DNA of 64,000 bases. Source: Cenarchaeum sp. (lineage in GTDB: Archaea; Thermoproteota; Nitrososphaeria; Nitrososphaerales; Nitrosopumilaceae). The stretch is taken from positions 352,001-416,000 of the forward strand of contig CBDESU010000001.1 in the NCBI GenBank assembly GCA_965242695.1, written 5' to 3'. A model generated the notes under the pieces. That model saw only the letters and a program-made list of their open reading frames with translations, was not told where the DNA came from and did not search any database. The translations under genes were made by a program, and so were the position numbers. Below are positions 1-8,908 of the stretch, piece after piece (within the stretch, counting starts at the first letter, position 1; every line of letters begins with the position of its first letter).

Positions 1-390
1 CCGTATCATATTCTCGTAGTGGCGCACCAGGTGGTTCATGGGGTTGTCCATGCTGCGCGTCATCTTGTTCTCCAGCGAGAACCCCTTGCACGGCGGCCCG
101 CCTGCGACCAGGTCGACGCCGCGTCCCCCCGTCCTGCGGTCCACGGCGGACATGATCTTCCGCTTCGTGCCCTCCTCCTCGATGCTCCCGGGCACGAACT
201 CGGTGCGCGGGTGGTTGGCCCTGTACGTCTCGCCGACCGCTGGGTTGAAGTCGTTGGCCACCACCACGTCGAACCGCAGGCCCCGGTTGCGCGCGTCCTT
301 GATCCCCTGCGACATGCCGCCCGGGCCAGAGAAGAGGTCCAGGACGGCCAGGGTGCGGGAGTCCGCGCCGTCCGGTTTGCCGTGGATCAC
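1..390 (-). CDS. DNA (cytosine-5)-methyltransferase, 5' part (runs off the window edge; absent from the ORF track)
   Basis: Translation from GTG at 390 gives MIHGKPDGADSRTLAVLDLFSGPGGMSQG...VVANDFN...VDLVAGGPPCKGFS, containing C5-MTase motif I (DLFxGxGG) and motif IV (GGPPC). A TATA-like TTAATA lies about 25 nt upstream. Confidence 0.93.
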   Translation of the reverse strand, partial: MIHGKPDGADSRTLAVLDLFSGPGGMSQGIKDARNRGLRFDVVVANDFNPAVGETYRANHPRTEFVPGSIEEEGTKRKIMSAVDRRTGGRGVDLVAGGPPCKGFSLENKMTRSMDNPMNHLVRHYENMIR

Positions 391-523
391 GCAGCCGCCC
401 GCACGGGCCCACCTATTAACCGTTTGGGTACCAAAATGTACCCTTGACGACGACGGCTGCGCGCCCCGCAACACGCCTGCGCAGGCCGCGCACTCTTATA
501 TCTGCATAGCGCTACCCGCTACC

Positions 524-2170
524 GTGTCGGATGCCCTCTGGTGGACCACCAGGCCCACGCGCGACCTGCGCGATCTTCCCGACTCGCTCAGGGCCTTTGC
601 GGGCATCGCCGAGGGCGCGAGGTGGGCCGGCAACAGGGAGCTGCACCGGAGGTTCGAGGTCGAGAACCCCGCCAAGACGAGCCACTCTGGGACGCACGGC
701 AGCGAGGGGGGCGGCGGGAGGACGTGGGCCGCGTGGCTGCGGCTCTGGGGCATGTGGTACGACAGCGGGCGCGTCACGCTGACGGATGCCGCCAAGCTTA
801 TCCTGGGGGCAAAGAGGCCGGAGGATGTGCACAAGCAGATTGTGCACATGATCATGACGTTCCAGATCACCAGCCCGTACCACGAGGACCTGCCGCGTGC
901 CGACTACTCGGGGTTCAGCGTCTTTCCGTTCAGGCTCATCCTCGAGATGCTCCTCGACGAGAGGGTCGGGCACCTGCAAGTCGACGAGATCGCGCTGTTC
1001 CTGCTGCCCATAAGGGACCGCTCGGAGTACGAGCGGGCCGTCTCGGAGATCGCGGCATGGAGGGAGGAGACGCGGGGGGCGGACGCGGGCGACAGGAAAG
1101 AAATGCTGATGCAGAGGGCCAAGGCGCACATGAAGAGGCACTACAAGGGGCGGTCGGACTCGCCCGGCACCGTGGGCGGGCACTGGAGGTCGTCCAAGGA
1201 CGTAGCCAACACGTTCGCCGTCAACATGAGCTACATAACAGAGATCAAGTACGACAGGAGGAGGGGGCGAATCTACGTGCCCGACGCCGACGCGCCAGCC
1301 GCGCGCGCCCTGCTTGAAAAGTATGCCGGCTTCCAGTTTTCGGGCCTGCACAAGTTTTCCGAGGCTACGTTCGCCAGGAGGTACGGCATGAGGTTCGACC
1401 GGCGCAAGGCGTCCGGCAAGCACACAAGGCCGCGCACGCAGGCGCGGAAGCGGCTTGCGCGCATATCCGATGCGATCGAGGATGCGCGCAGGGGCTCGGA
1501 CGGCCTGGCAGGCGACGCGCTGCTCGAGGCCGTCAGGTCTAGGACCGGCTACAGGACGGAGGAGATAACAGAGGCGCTGGGATCGGATCCCGCCGCGGCC
1601 GGGCGCGCCGCGGAGGGCGAGGAGGGGCAGATGGAGTCGCACTACATCCGCTGCGCGGGAAGCGGGGCGGAGCATGCAGAGTTCGAGGGGCTGACAAGGA
1701 GGCTGTTCGAGCTGATGGGGTTCAAGGTGCAAAAGACCAGGACGGAGCGGAGCGGGGGCGGATCCGCCGAGGTCGACGGGCTGATCCTCAGCGAAGAGGC
1801 GGGCATGTCGGGGATACTCGAGTGCAAGGGGGGCGGCAAGTACGCGTTCCCCGTGGGGGACTGCGAGAAGATGAAGCACGTGTACATAGACCGGTTCAAG
1901 TCGAGGATGGCGGGAGGCAAGAGATACGACCTGGACTTTTTCACCTACGTCGTCGGCACATCCGCCGGGGGAATGGCAAACTTCGAGGGGATTTGCAGGG
2001 AGACGGGGGTCGGCGGCTCGGTCATATACGCGCGCGACCTGTTCCGCCTCTACACGGCAGTCAAGGAGGGGCGGCTCAGCCCAATGGCCGCCTGGCGCAT
2101 GCTCAAGTGCAACCGGCGCGTCACGCAGCAGGACATCGAGGGGGAGGCGGCGGCGGCATCATCTCCGTGA
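524..2170 (+). CDS. Type IIS-like restriction endonuclease with FokI-like C-terminal cleavage domain
   Basis: Within ORF 38..2170, likely start GTG 524 with CTTATA at 495-500. The C-terminus EFEGLTRRLFELMGF...EVDGLI...GILECKG...YAFPVGDCEKMKHVY...GVGGSVIYARDL...VKEGRLS parallels the FokI PD-(D/E)XK domain. Divergent from the MTase. Confidence 0.75.
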   Translation: MSDALWWTTRPTRDLRDLPDSLRAFAGIAEGARWAGNRELHRRFEVENPAKTSHSGTHGSEGGGGRTWAAWLRLWGMWYDSGRVTLTDAAKLILGAKRPEDVHKQIVHMIMTFQITSPYHEDLPRADYSGFSVFPFRLILEMLLDERVGHLQVDEIALFLLPIRDRSEYERAVSEIAAWREETRGADAGDRKEMLMQRAKAHMKRHYKGRSDSPGTVGGHWRSSKDVANTFAVNMSYITEIKYDRRRGRIYVPDADAPAARALLEKYAGFQFSGLHKFSEATFARRYGMRFDRRKASGKHTRPRTQARKRLARISDAIEDARRGSDGLAGDALLEAVRSRTGYRTEEITEALGSDPAAAGRAAEGEEGQMESHYIRCAGSGAEHAEFEGLTRRLFELMGFKVQKTRTERSGGGSAEVDGLILSEEAGMSGILECKGGGKYAFPVGDCEKMKHVYIDRFKSRMAGGKRYDLDFFTYVVGTSAGGMANFEGICRETGVGGSVIYARDLFRLYTAVKEGRLSPMAAWRMLKCNRRVTQQDIEGEAAAASSP

Positions 2171-2302
2171 GGCAGGGTGCGAAGGGGCGGCGCGGCGTTG
2201 CCGAACATGGCGCGACAGGGCCGGATGGATCCGACCTGCGGCCGTTGTCTGTCGCGCGGGGCCGGAAAGGGCGCCTGTTTGCCTTGCGGGGCAAAAGGCA
2301 GT

Positions 2303-3321
2303 CTACTCGCCGGCCGGCGGCGAGGGCCTGCCGCGGCCATTCGGCCCGCCTGTGCGCCGCCCCGATCTCGGCCTGGACTCTGCCGCATCCGGCGAGGCCT
2401 GCACGGACTCTGCCGCATCCGGCGCCGGATCCCCTTTTCGTGCGACGAACATGTGGAGCGGGACGGCCGTGCCGCGCGTCGCCGTCCATCTGCGGCCGCA
2501 CTTTCTGCACCATGACCTGGGGCAGTGGGTCTCGATGACCGCGGAGGCCGGCCGCGGCTTTCTTTCCACCACGATCCTGCTCTCGTACCCGGTGATATCC
2601 CGCTCGCCGTCGCACTCTTCGTCCTTGCATGCGCGATCGTCGCCCTCGTCGATGACCGCCCGGCGGGTCGGCTTGTACTCGCGCCTGTGCGCCGTGTGGC
2701 CCGGCTGGGCGCCGGGCCTGCGCTTTTTTGTCCCCGCCCTTGCGGCTGCGGCGGCCTCCCTCTTCCTGGCCTCGCAGTCCCTCTTCCTGTCGGCCCTGCT
2801 CTTCGCCCCCGGGCGCGGAGGGGCCCTCGTGGTAGCGCAGCCTCCTCTTCATCTTCGCGTTCTCCGACCTCAGGTCCTTGATGGTCTTCGCATCCCGCTC
2901 GATCTTCCTGTCCTTGTTCCGCCCCGCGGATTTTTCCACCCTGAGTTCTTTCTCGAGCCCCTTGATCCTCTCGTTGAGCCCCCTGTTCTCCTCCTTGAGC
3001 CTGTTGACAACGGCCTGCCCGGCCTTTGTTATCCTCATTGCGGGCAGCGCCTCCTGTCGATCCCGGCGGCCGCCATGGCGTTCGGCCTGCATGAGGGTGT
3101 GCCGAAGCCGCTGCGGTGTCCGGCCCGTCCTCCGGGGGACCGTACTATAACTGCTGTCACCCCGGGCCCACATATCGACAGAATATAACCATTTGCGCCC
3201 GCGCCCGCCCCCGCGCCCCTGCAGCTCAAAAACTCAAAATTGCCGGCCGCCTGCAGCCCGCCCGGACTCCCTCCACGAGTGAATGCGGTCGCTGAAGCGG
3301 CTCAGGCCCGTGAACAGTTAC
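2303..3321 (-). mobile_element. IS66-family remnant with truncated, frameshifted transposase
   Basis: End sequence GTAACTGTTCAC on the minus strand (3321-3310). ORF from ATG 3038 encodes a coiled coil, then shifts frame near 2810 into KRRPGAQPGH...CKDEEC...WCRKCG (IS66 zinc-finger region). No DDE domain or second end is seen. Confidence 0.65.
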
Positions 3322-3357
3322 AGACGCCGAGATGTGCGATTGACAACCTCGGCGCTA

Positions 3358-5065
3358 TACTCGCTAGTTTAATCGTCTTCCTTTCTACCCCTGATGCCCA
3401 GAAACGTTGATTGCCAGAGAACTCTGCATCTGCCTTTGGATCGCGTGCGCCGGCCTTTGGATGGATCCTGCAAACCGCCGCCCCACAAGATGCGCCGCAG
3501 GTTCCGCGCCAGCGCCGGCCGATGGTAGAAGAGGCGGAGGAGGGGCGTCGGAGGGACGGGTGGGCGGGTGGTTGGTTGGACGGATGGTGTTCGCCCGCGT
3601 CGCACCCCTCGCGCCCGGCCGGGCGGTGCGTTAGGCTTTTGCGGCCGCCGGCACGTTCTTTTTCGGATTCCTGTACAGGAAGCTGTACAGGCCAAGCCTT
3701 ACCCTCATTGCCCTTGCATGGTCCATGACGGCCCAGCGAAGGGCCGCTAACGTCTTGTACCGATAGCGCTTTGTCACCGCGTCCTTGAGCAGGTTCCAGA
3801 ACGCCTCTATGACGCTCAGGTACGGCGACCCGACGGGCAGCAGGAACAGGCGCACGTCCCTGTCGGGGTGGCGCCTGCGAAGCTCGCGCAGGGCCCTCTT
3901 GGTCTCCGCTGAGCTGTTGATCGACGACTGGTCCACGTACAGGGCCATCTTGGGCCTCCTTGCCGAGGCCTCTTCCAAGAAGTCGATCAGGGTGAGGGAG
4001 TCGGCGTGGGCGTACTCGCGGACAGTGTGGGTGTCGTCGTCAAAGTATGCCCCGTGCACCGCGACGGTCTGGCGCGACCTGCCGCCCGGGAGCGCTGCCT
4101 TGCAGCCCCTCCTTATCCACATTCGGCCCGTCGCCCCGTCCATTCCGAGGAATGTCACGTCGAACACGCCCACGGCGTAGCCCTTTTCCCGGTACGGCTG
4201 CAGGCGCTCTTCCTGGCGCCACTGCCACGACCGCACGGCCGGCGGCCCGGCGTGGTTTTCCTGGGACTTTGAGAGCTTGTGGTACGTCACGCCGGCCTCG
4301 TTTATGAGCTTGTACACGTGGTGCAGGTGGTACGTCTTGCCGTGCTTGGCAGCTATGCGATCGCGCACGGTGGTCGCACGCGTCGCCCCGGTCGGCTCGA
4401 TCCTGCGGCGCGCGCAGCCGGGCGCGTGGCGCGGTCCCTTTGGGGGCGGCTTTAGGGGCCGGCAGCACTTGCACCTGCAGACCTTTCCCGCCCTGCATTC
4501 GCACTTGCGCGGCTTCACGCACTTGCCCTTGCACTTGCACGCCCTTGGCGGGGATCTGCGCCCTGTGCGCCGGTCCCCTCCCCCGGCGTCCTCGTCCAGG
4601 CAGGGGCCGCACGAGATGCCGTCCCCTCCCCCGCTGTCCACATCGGCGATTTCCGCCGTGTTCGACTCGAGGCACTCGTCAATCGCACTGGCAACGTCCT
4701 CCCTAGACACGTCCCTCTTTCGCCCCTGGCCGCCGCGGGCCCGCAGGCCCTCGGCCCCCTCGGCCAGGTAGCGCACGACCCAGTACCGAAGTATGCGGGT
4801 AGAGACGCCGTACAGGGCCGCCAGCCGCTTTTGCTTGATCTCTCTCTTGGGCTTTGCGGACTCTTCAAGCTCGGCCAGGACGGCGAGCAGGCGGACATGG
4901 TACGGTACGTACCTTACCTTGTCGAGCTCCGCGCGGATGTCGGCGTACTCGTCCTCCTCTTCGGGCTGGCTCATGCCACGTATGGCCGGACGCAGGGGTA
5001 ATGTCCGTTGTCAACAACATTTGACCAGGTGTCAAAAAAAAGGAAGTCGATTTTGCGCTTGAGTA
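3358..5065 (-). mobile_element. IS630-family insertion sequence
   Basis: Imperfect terminal inverted repeats TACTC-N8-AATCG(T/A)CTTCCTTT at both ends, flanked by duplicated TA (3356-57, 5066-67). The empty site reads CTAG. Confidence 0.8.
3631..4974 (-). CDS. IS630-family transposase with Cys-rich insertion
   Basis: N-terminal HTH (LAALYGVSTRILRYWVVRY...GAEGL). C-terminal DDE_3-like motifs VFDVT, YVDQSSIN, LLPVGSPYLSVIEAFWNLLK. Confidence 0.85.
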   Translation of the reverse strand: MSQPEEEDEYADIRAELDKVRYVPYHVRLLAVLAELEESAKPKREIKQKRLAALYGVSTRILRYWVVRYLAEGAEGLRARGGQGRKRDVSREDVASAIDECLESNTAEIADVDSGGGDGISCGPCLDEDAGGGDRRTGRRSPPRACKCKGKCVKPRKCECRAGKVCRCKCCRPLKPPPKGPRHAPGCARRRIEPTGATRATTVRDRIAAKHGKTYHLHHVYKLINEAGVTYHKLSKSQENHAGPPAVRSWQWRQEERLQPYREKGYAVGVFDVTFLGMDGATGRMWIRRGCKAALPGGRSRQTVAVHGAYFDDDTHTVREYAHADSLTLIDFLEEASARRPKMALYVDQSSINSSAETKRALRELRRRHPDRDVRLFLLPVGSPYLSVIEAFWNLLKDAVTKRYRYKTLAALRWAVMDHARAMRVRLGLYSFLYRNPKKNVPAAAKA

Positions 5066-5167
5066 TAGAGCCATCTTTTTCCACACCTGTTGCTTGGTGG
5101 ATCAGGATCGCCCTTGCAAGGTACAACTGCGGTAGGAGTGGATTGTCCATGATACGCGATGAACTGC

Positions 5168-5722
5168 CTAGCATGCAAACATATGCCCGAATGCGTTCAT
5201 GTCAGATGCGATGTGGATACGCTTATTGGCACTAGGAGCTAGAGCAGACTCTGCATCCTCTCGGAATTTTCGATCAGCTGTAACGAGCAAAATTTGCCTG
5301 TCCTTCCACCTCTTGCTTTCGGCTACATAGATCAAAACATCTAGAAATCTTCTATCGTGGGAATCGCGAATGTGGCTTGACAGCGTGGACACCTTTGGTT
5401 TTACCTTTTCTAGCATAAGACGCACTCTTCCAGAATCTCCCGTGTTGATGGCATCAGAAAACGATTTATTAAATATAATCCTAAACGTTTTAGCTACCGC
5501 AGGATAATGGCAGTGGTATAGGCCTGCTTTGTAGTCGTCAGTCATGTCACACGACGCAACTATTGTGACGATCTTGCCCTCGGGCGAGGGACTAATTTCG
5601 TCGCACAGAGTCTTGATCCAATTAGAAAAGATCTTGTCTATCCTAGACGACTCTTGACCGTCGATGATCTTTGGTAGAATGTTGGTATCTAAGATCAGTA
5701 CCAAGTCGTTGGTTTGTATCAA
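5168..5722 (-). CDS. PIN-domain ribonuclease (toxin-like)
   Basis: PIN motifs LILDTNIL, RDSHDRRFLD and LLVTADRKF. Starts immediately after the ATPase stop codon, in a lower-GC segment. Confidence 0.7.
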   Translation of the reverse strand: MIQTNDLVLILDTNILPKIIDGQESSRIDKIFSNWIKTLCDEISPSPEGKIVTIVASCDMTDDYKAGLYHCHYPAVAKTFRIIFNKSFSDAINTGDSGRVRLMLEKVKPKVSTLSSHIRDSHDRRFLDVLIYVAESKRWKDRQILLVTADRKFREDAESALAPSANKRIHIASDMNAFGHMFAC

Positions 5723-5723
5723 T

Positions 5724-6972
5724 TTAAATCGAGAACTCCTCTACCAGCGAGTCGAGCGCCTTTCGAAATATCTCTTGATCTGCGGCGCCAATTGGATCTA
5801 CTGGTATCCTCTCAATCCGCGTGTAGGGTTGTCCATCCCTGTGAAAATAGTACATCCCTATGTCGGAGGCACGGATTTTCTTGTTCGCCACAAGCGCCAA
5901 TATTTTTTTGACGACATAGTCACTATGTGTGGTCAAAAGAAGCTGAATGTTTTTTGATAACGATGTGGACACTATCTCGTCTATTAGAGCGAGCTGCGTC
6001 GACGGCTCTACGTGGGCCTCGGGTTCTTCGATAATGAGAGTGCCTCCATCTTTGACATAGTGGAGGCCAGCTAGGAGGGGCGCAGATGCCAAGAGCCCTG
6101 ACCCTGCAGAACTAATGGCGACTTTGTGACCATGCGGATCTTTATACACTGCATGACTTCGCTTGAGTTTGCCGGTGTTCGACTTGGCGATGATACCTCC
6201 AAATATCTTAGAGAATGACAAGGTTGTGGAACTGTTAAACTCCCTGCTAGGTCTGCCCAGGATAGTTTGAGCAACAAGGTTGTGGCTAACTGCTCTATAT
6301 GGGGAGGGAGACTTCCTAGAGGAGGCATAACGTCTTCTCTTTTTGGTACGCGCGCTCTCCGCCGTCCTGCGATATCTCTCTTGATACTCTGTATGGTAGT
6401 CTGGAGGGCGAATTCCACAAAGCCAAGCTTTAGGTAGATGATATCTGTGAATGACTGTACCGTCCCTGTCCGTCCTGCGGGTATGTACACGCTAGTATTC
6501 TTCGCCTTGCTTGTCTCTTGCCCAACCGCAAGCTGGACCACTACGAGATTGTGAGAAACGAGTGGATACAGTTTATCTACGTATGCAGAATACTCCGCTG
6601 GAGGGGGATTAAAATCCAAGTCGAGGTCGGGCCCTCTGTGGTTCATAGACACAGTCAGACGGCAAGACTTTTGACCATGTGTGACTACCTCATCTCGCTC
6701 CAGTGCGGCGTGCAGTAAGACGGCCAGTCGCCGTACAGCCGGGTCATACCATCCTTGGTGATTTTTTTCTTGTTGTGTCCTAGGAGCCGCAATAGTGACG
6801 GTGGTGACTCGAGCCGTTGTAGCGCGTGTATGAGCCGCGACACAATCGATTTGCCAGTGTTGTTGGGACCAAAGAAGACCATGACCTTCTTCAGGTCGAC
6901 TTCGCCTTCTGTCACCGGCCCTATGTTCATAATGTGTATCCGCTTGCACTTCATGCGCATGGCGCTCGGCAC
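5724..6972 (-). pseudogene. AAA_15/AAA_21-type (ABC-like) ATPase split over three frames
   Basis: Walker A FFGPNNTGKS in 6685..6972, YIPAGRTG in 6071..6949, and signature SSAGSG, Walker B LIIEEPEAH and H-loop LLTTHS in 5724..6221. This implies two frameshifts (near 6725 and 6250). Confidence 0.8.
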
Positions 6973-7316
6973 GCCGGAGTATATTTAACAGTTACCGACG
7001 TGGTTGATGGATGACGGGGGCGCGGGGCGCGGGGCGCGGGGCGCGATGCACGATGCACGTCTCGCATGTTTTAAGGCTTTTGTAGTGGAGGGCAGAAAAA
7101 CTAGCACTTCATACGTTCATCGGTCGGGACAAGCTACTTGTGCCAAGTCTTTGATGTGCTGCACAGGACGAATACTTGTGCGCCGTGCGGCCCTGCTACC
7201 CTTCTCCCCTCCTCGTGCCGGTCTTTTGCATGGGTGGTGACCATGCCGTCGTCCTATCCTTGCCAGCGTGTCCGCAGATGGCAACTATTTAATAGGCTAC
7301 TATTTGGCTGTCTTTT

Positions 7317-8597
7317 GTGACGTTCCAGCTGACGCCCGTGACGGGCAGCCGCCTGGTCGGGCGCCGCGCCGAGCTTGGCCGCCTGGTCGGCGACCTGTCC
7401 GACAGAAGGTCGAGAGTCGGCGTGCCGCTGGCTGGCGTAAGAAGGGTCGGCAAGACTAGCCTGCTCCTGGAGGCCAAGCGCAGGCTGGAGGCTAGGGGAG
7501 TCGTCGTAGTCTACGTGTCGGCGTGGCGGCCGGCGATCGACAGGCTTGACGCGTTTACAGAGTATAGTCCCGAGCGTAAGTTTCTGACCCTTTTGCGTGC
7601 ATCGATTAGGCGTCGATGTAGCAAAAAGGGGGTCAAGAACATGCGCTCGTGACTATACCTGCTCGGCGAGACGCTCGAGTCGTTCAGGGGCGGGATTGGC
7701 CTGCGGGCTAGGGCGTCAAACCTCTTGGCAATGCGCGGCGGCGCGCTTGCCGGCTTTCTCAAGGACGCCAAGGTGACGGCAGAGGCGGCGGAGGGCATCG
7801 CACGCGCGCTGTCCTTTGTGCGCGGCGAGTCGTCAAACGCCTCCGAGGCCGTCTCGGACGCGTTCATGCTGCCTGACCAGCTTGCCGCGCAGTGCGGGCG
7901 AAGGTGCGTCCTGATCATAGACGAGTTTCCGTCCCTTGCGGAGCTGAAGGCCGGCGGCAAGAGGGCGGTCGGCGGATCGATCGTGCGGACCGTCGGGACG
8001 TTCAACGAGGAGTACAGGCGGACCGCACTGGCGATCTCCGCATCCGAGCCCGGCGCCGTCGGGGGCGCCGCAGCGTCGCGCCAGGCGCCGCTGTACGGGC
8101 AGCTGTCGACCGTGCAGATCGAGCCGTTCGGAAGCGGCGGGGTGCGCAAGTTCGCCTCGAGGTACCTGCCGGACATGGATGCATCCGGAGACGGAATTGA
8201 AGGACTGCTCGGCGCGTCGGGTGGCCTGCCGCACAACCTGCAGGCGATCGGGAGGGAGATTGGGAGGATCGGGCAGGGGAAGCTCGACGCGGGCCTGGTC
8301 AAGAGGGCCGTTGCGGGCGTCATTGCCAGGGAAGGCAGGATCCACTTTGATGCGTACCTTGCCGCGATGCGGCCGTCCGAGGTGCGGGCGGCCCGCATCA
8401 TGGCCCTTCGCGGGGCGGGAGAGGCATGCCGGCCGTGCGACATGGCTCCGGCAGTGGCCGGAAGCGGGGGACTTCCCATGAACAAGGCGACCGCGCTGCT
8501 CTCGGGCATGCTCGCCAAGGGGATCGTCCTGAGGGAGGGTGCCGGGCGGTACCGCCTGGCCGACCCCCTGTTCGGGGCGTGGCTTGCCGCGGAATAG
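7317..8597 (+). pseudogene. Archaeal ATPase (ATPase_2-like) with C-terminal winged helix, interrupted by a MITE
   Basis: LVGRRAEL and Walker A GVRRVGKTSLL in 7317..7652. Walker B LIIDEF, SGGLPHNL and YRLADPLFGAWL in 7725..8597, same frame. Removing the insert gives continuous ...AFTEYLLGETLESF... Confidence 0.85.
7565..7655. mobile_element. 91-bp IS630-type MITE
   Basis: Left end TAGTCCCGAGCGTAAGTTTCTGACCC matches the reverse complement of the right end, TAGTCACGAGCGCATGTTCTTGACCC. TA is duplicated at 7563-64 and 7656-57, and the interior is largely palindromic. Confidence 0.85.
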
Positions 8598-8908
8598 CGC
8601 GGCGGGGCTCCCGCCCGGAGCGGCACTATACCGGGCCGCCTTCCTGTGGATGCGGACGGGAGGGAGGTATCGCGGACGCGATCGCACCGCGGCGCCTTGG
8701 CCTGCCCCTGACCGCCTTGCGATCGGACGCGCAGTGGCCGTCCGCCCGCAGCGCGCAGAGCCCTGCCCGCATGCACCGGGCTGCTGGCGCCTGCCGAGTT
8801 GTCCGGCACGGCATGCGATCGACGCCGCCCTCATGCCCCCGGGATGCAGGCCACGGCCCGCGCCTAGGATTCCTTTAAAAGGCCCTCGTCGGGCGCGCGC
8901 ATGAACCG

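Noticed and set aside
38-523. N-terminal extension of the 710-aa ORF
   Set aside because: It is antisense to the methyltransferase gene. The likely start is GTG 524, behind a TATA box.
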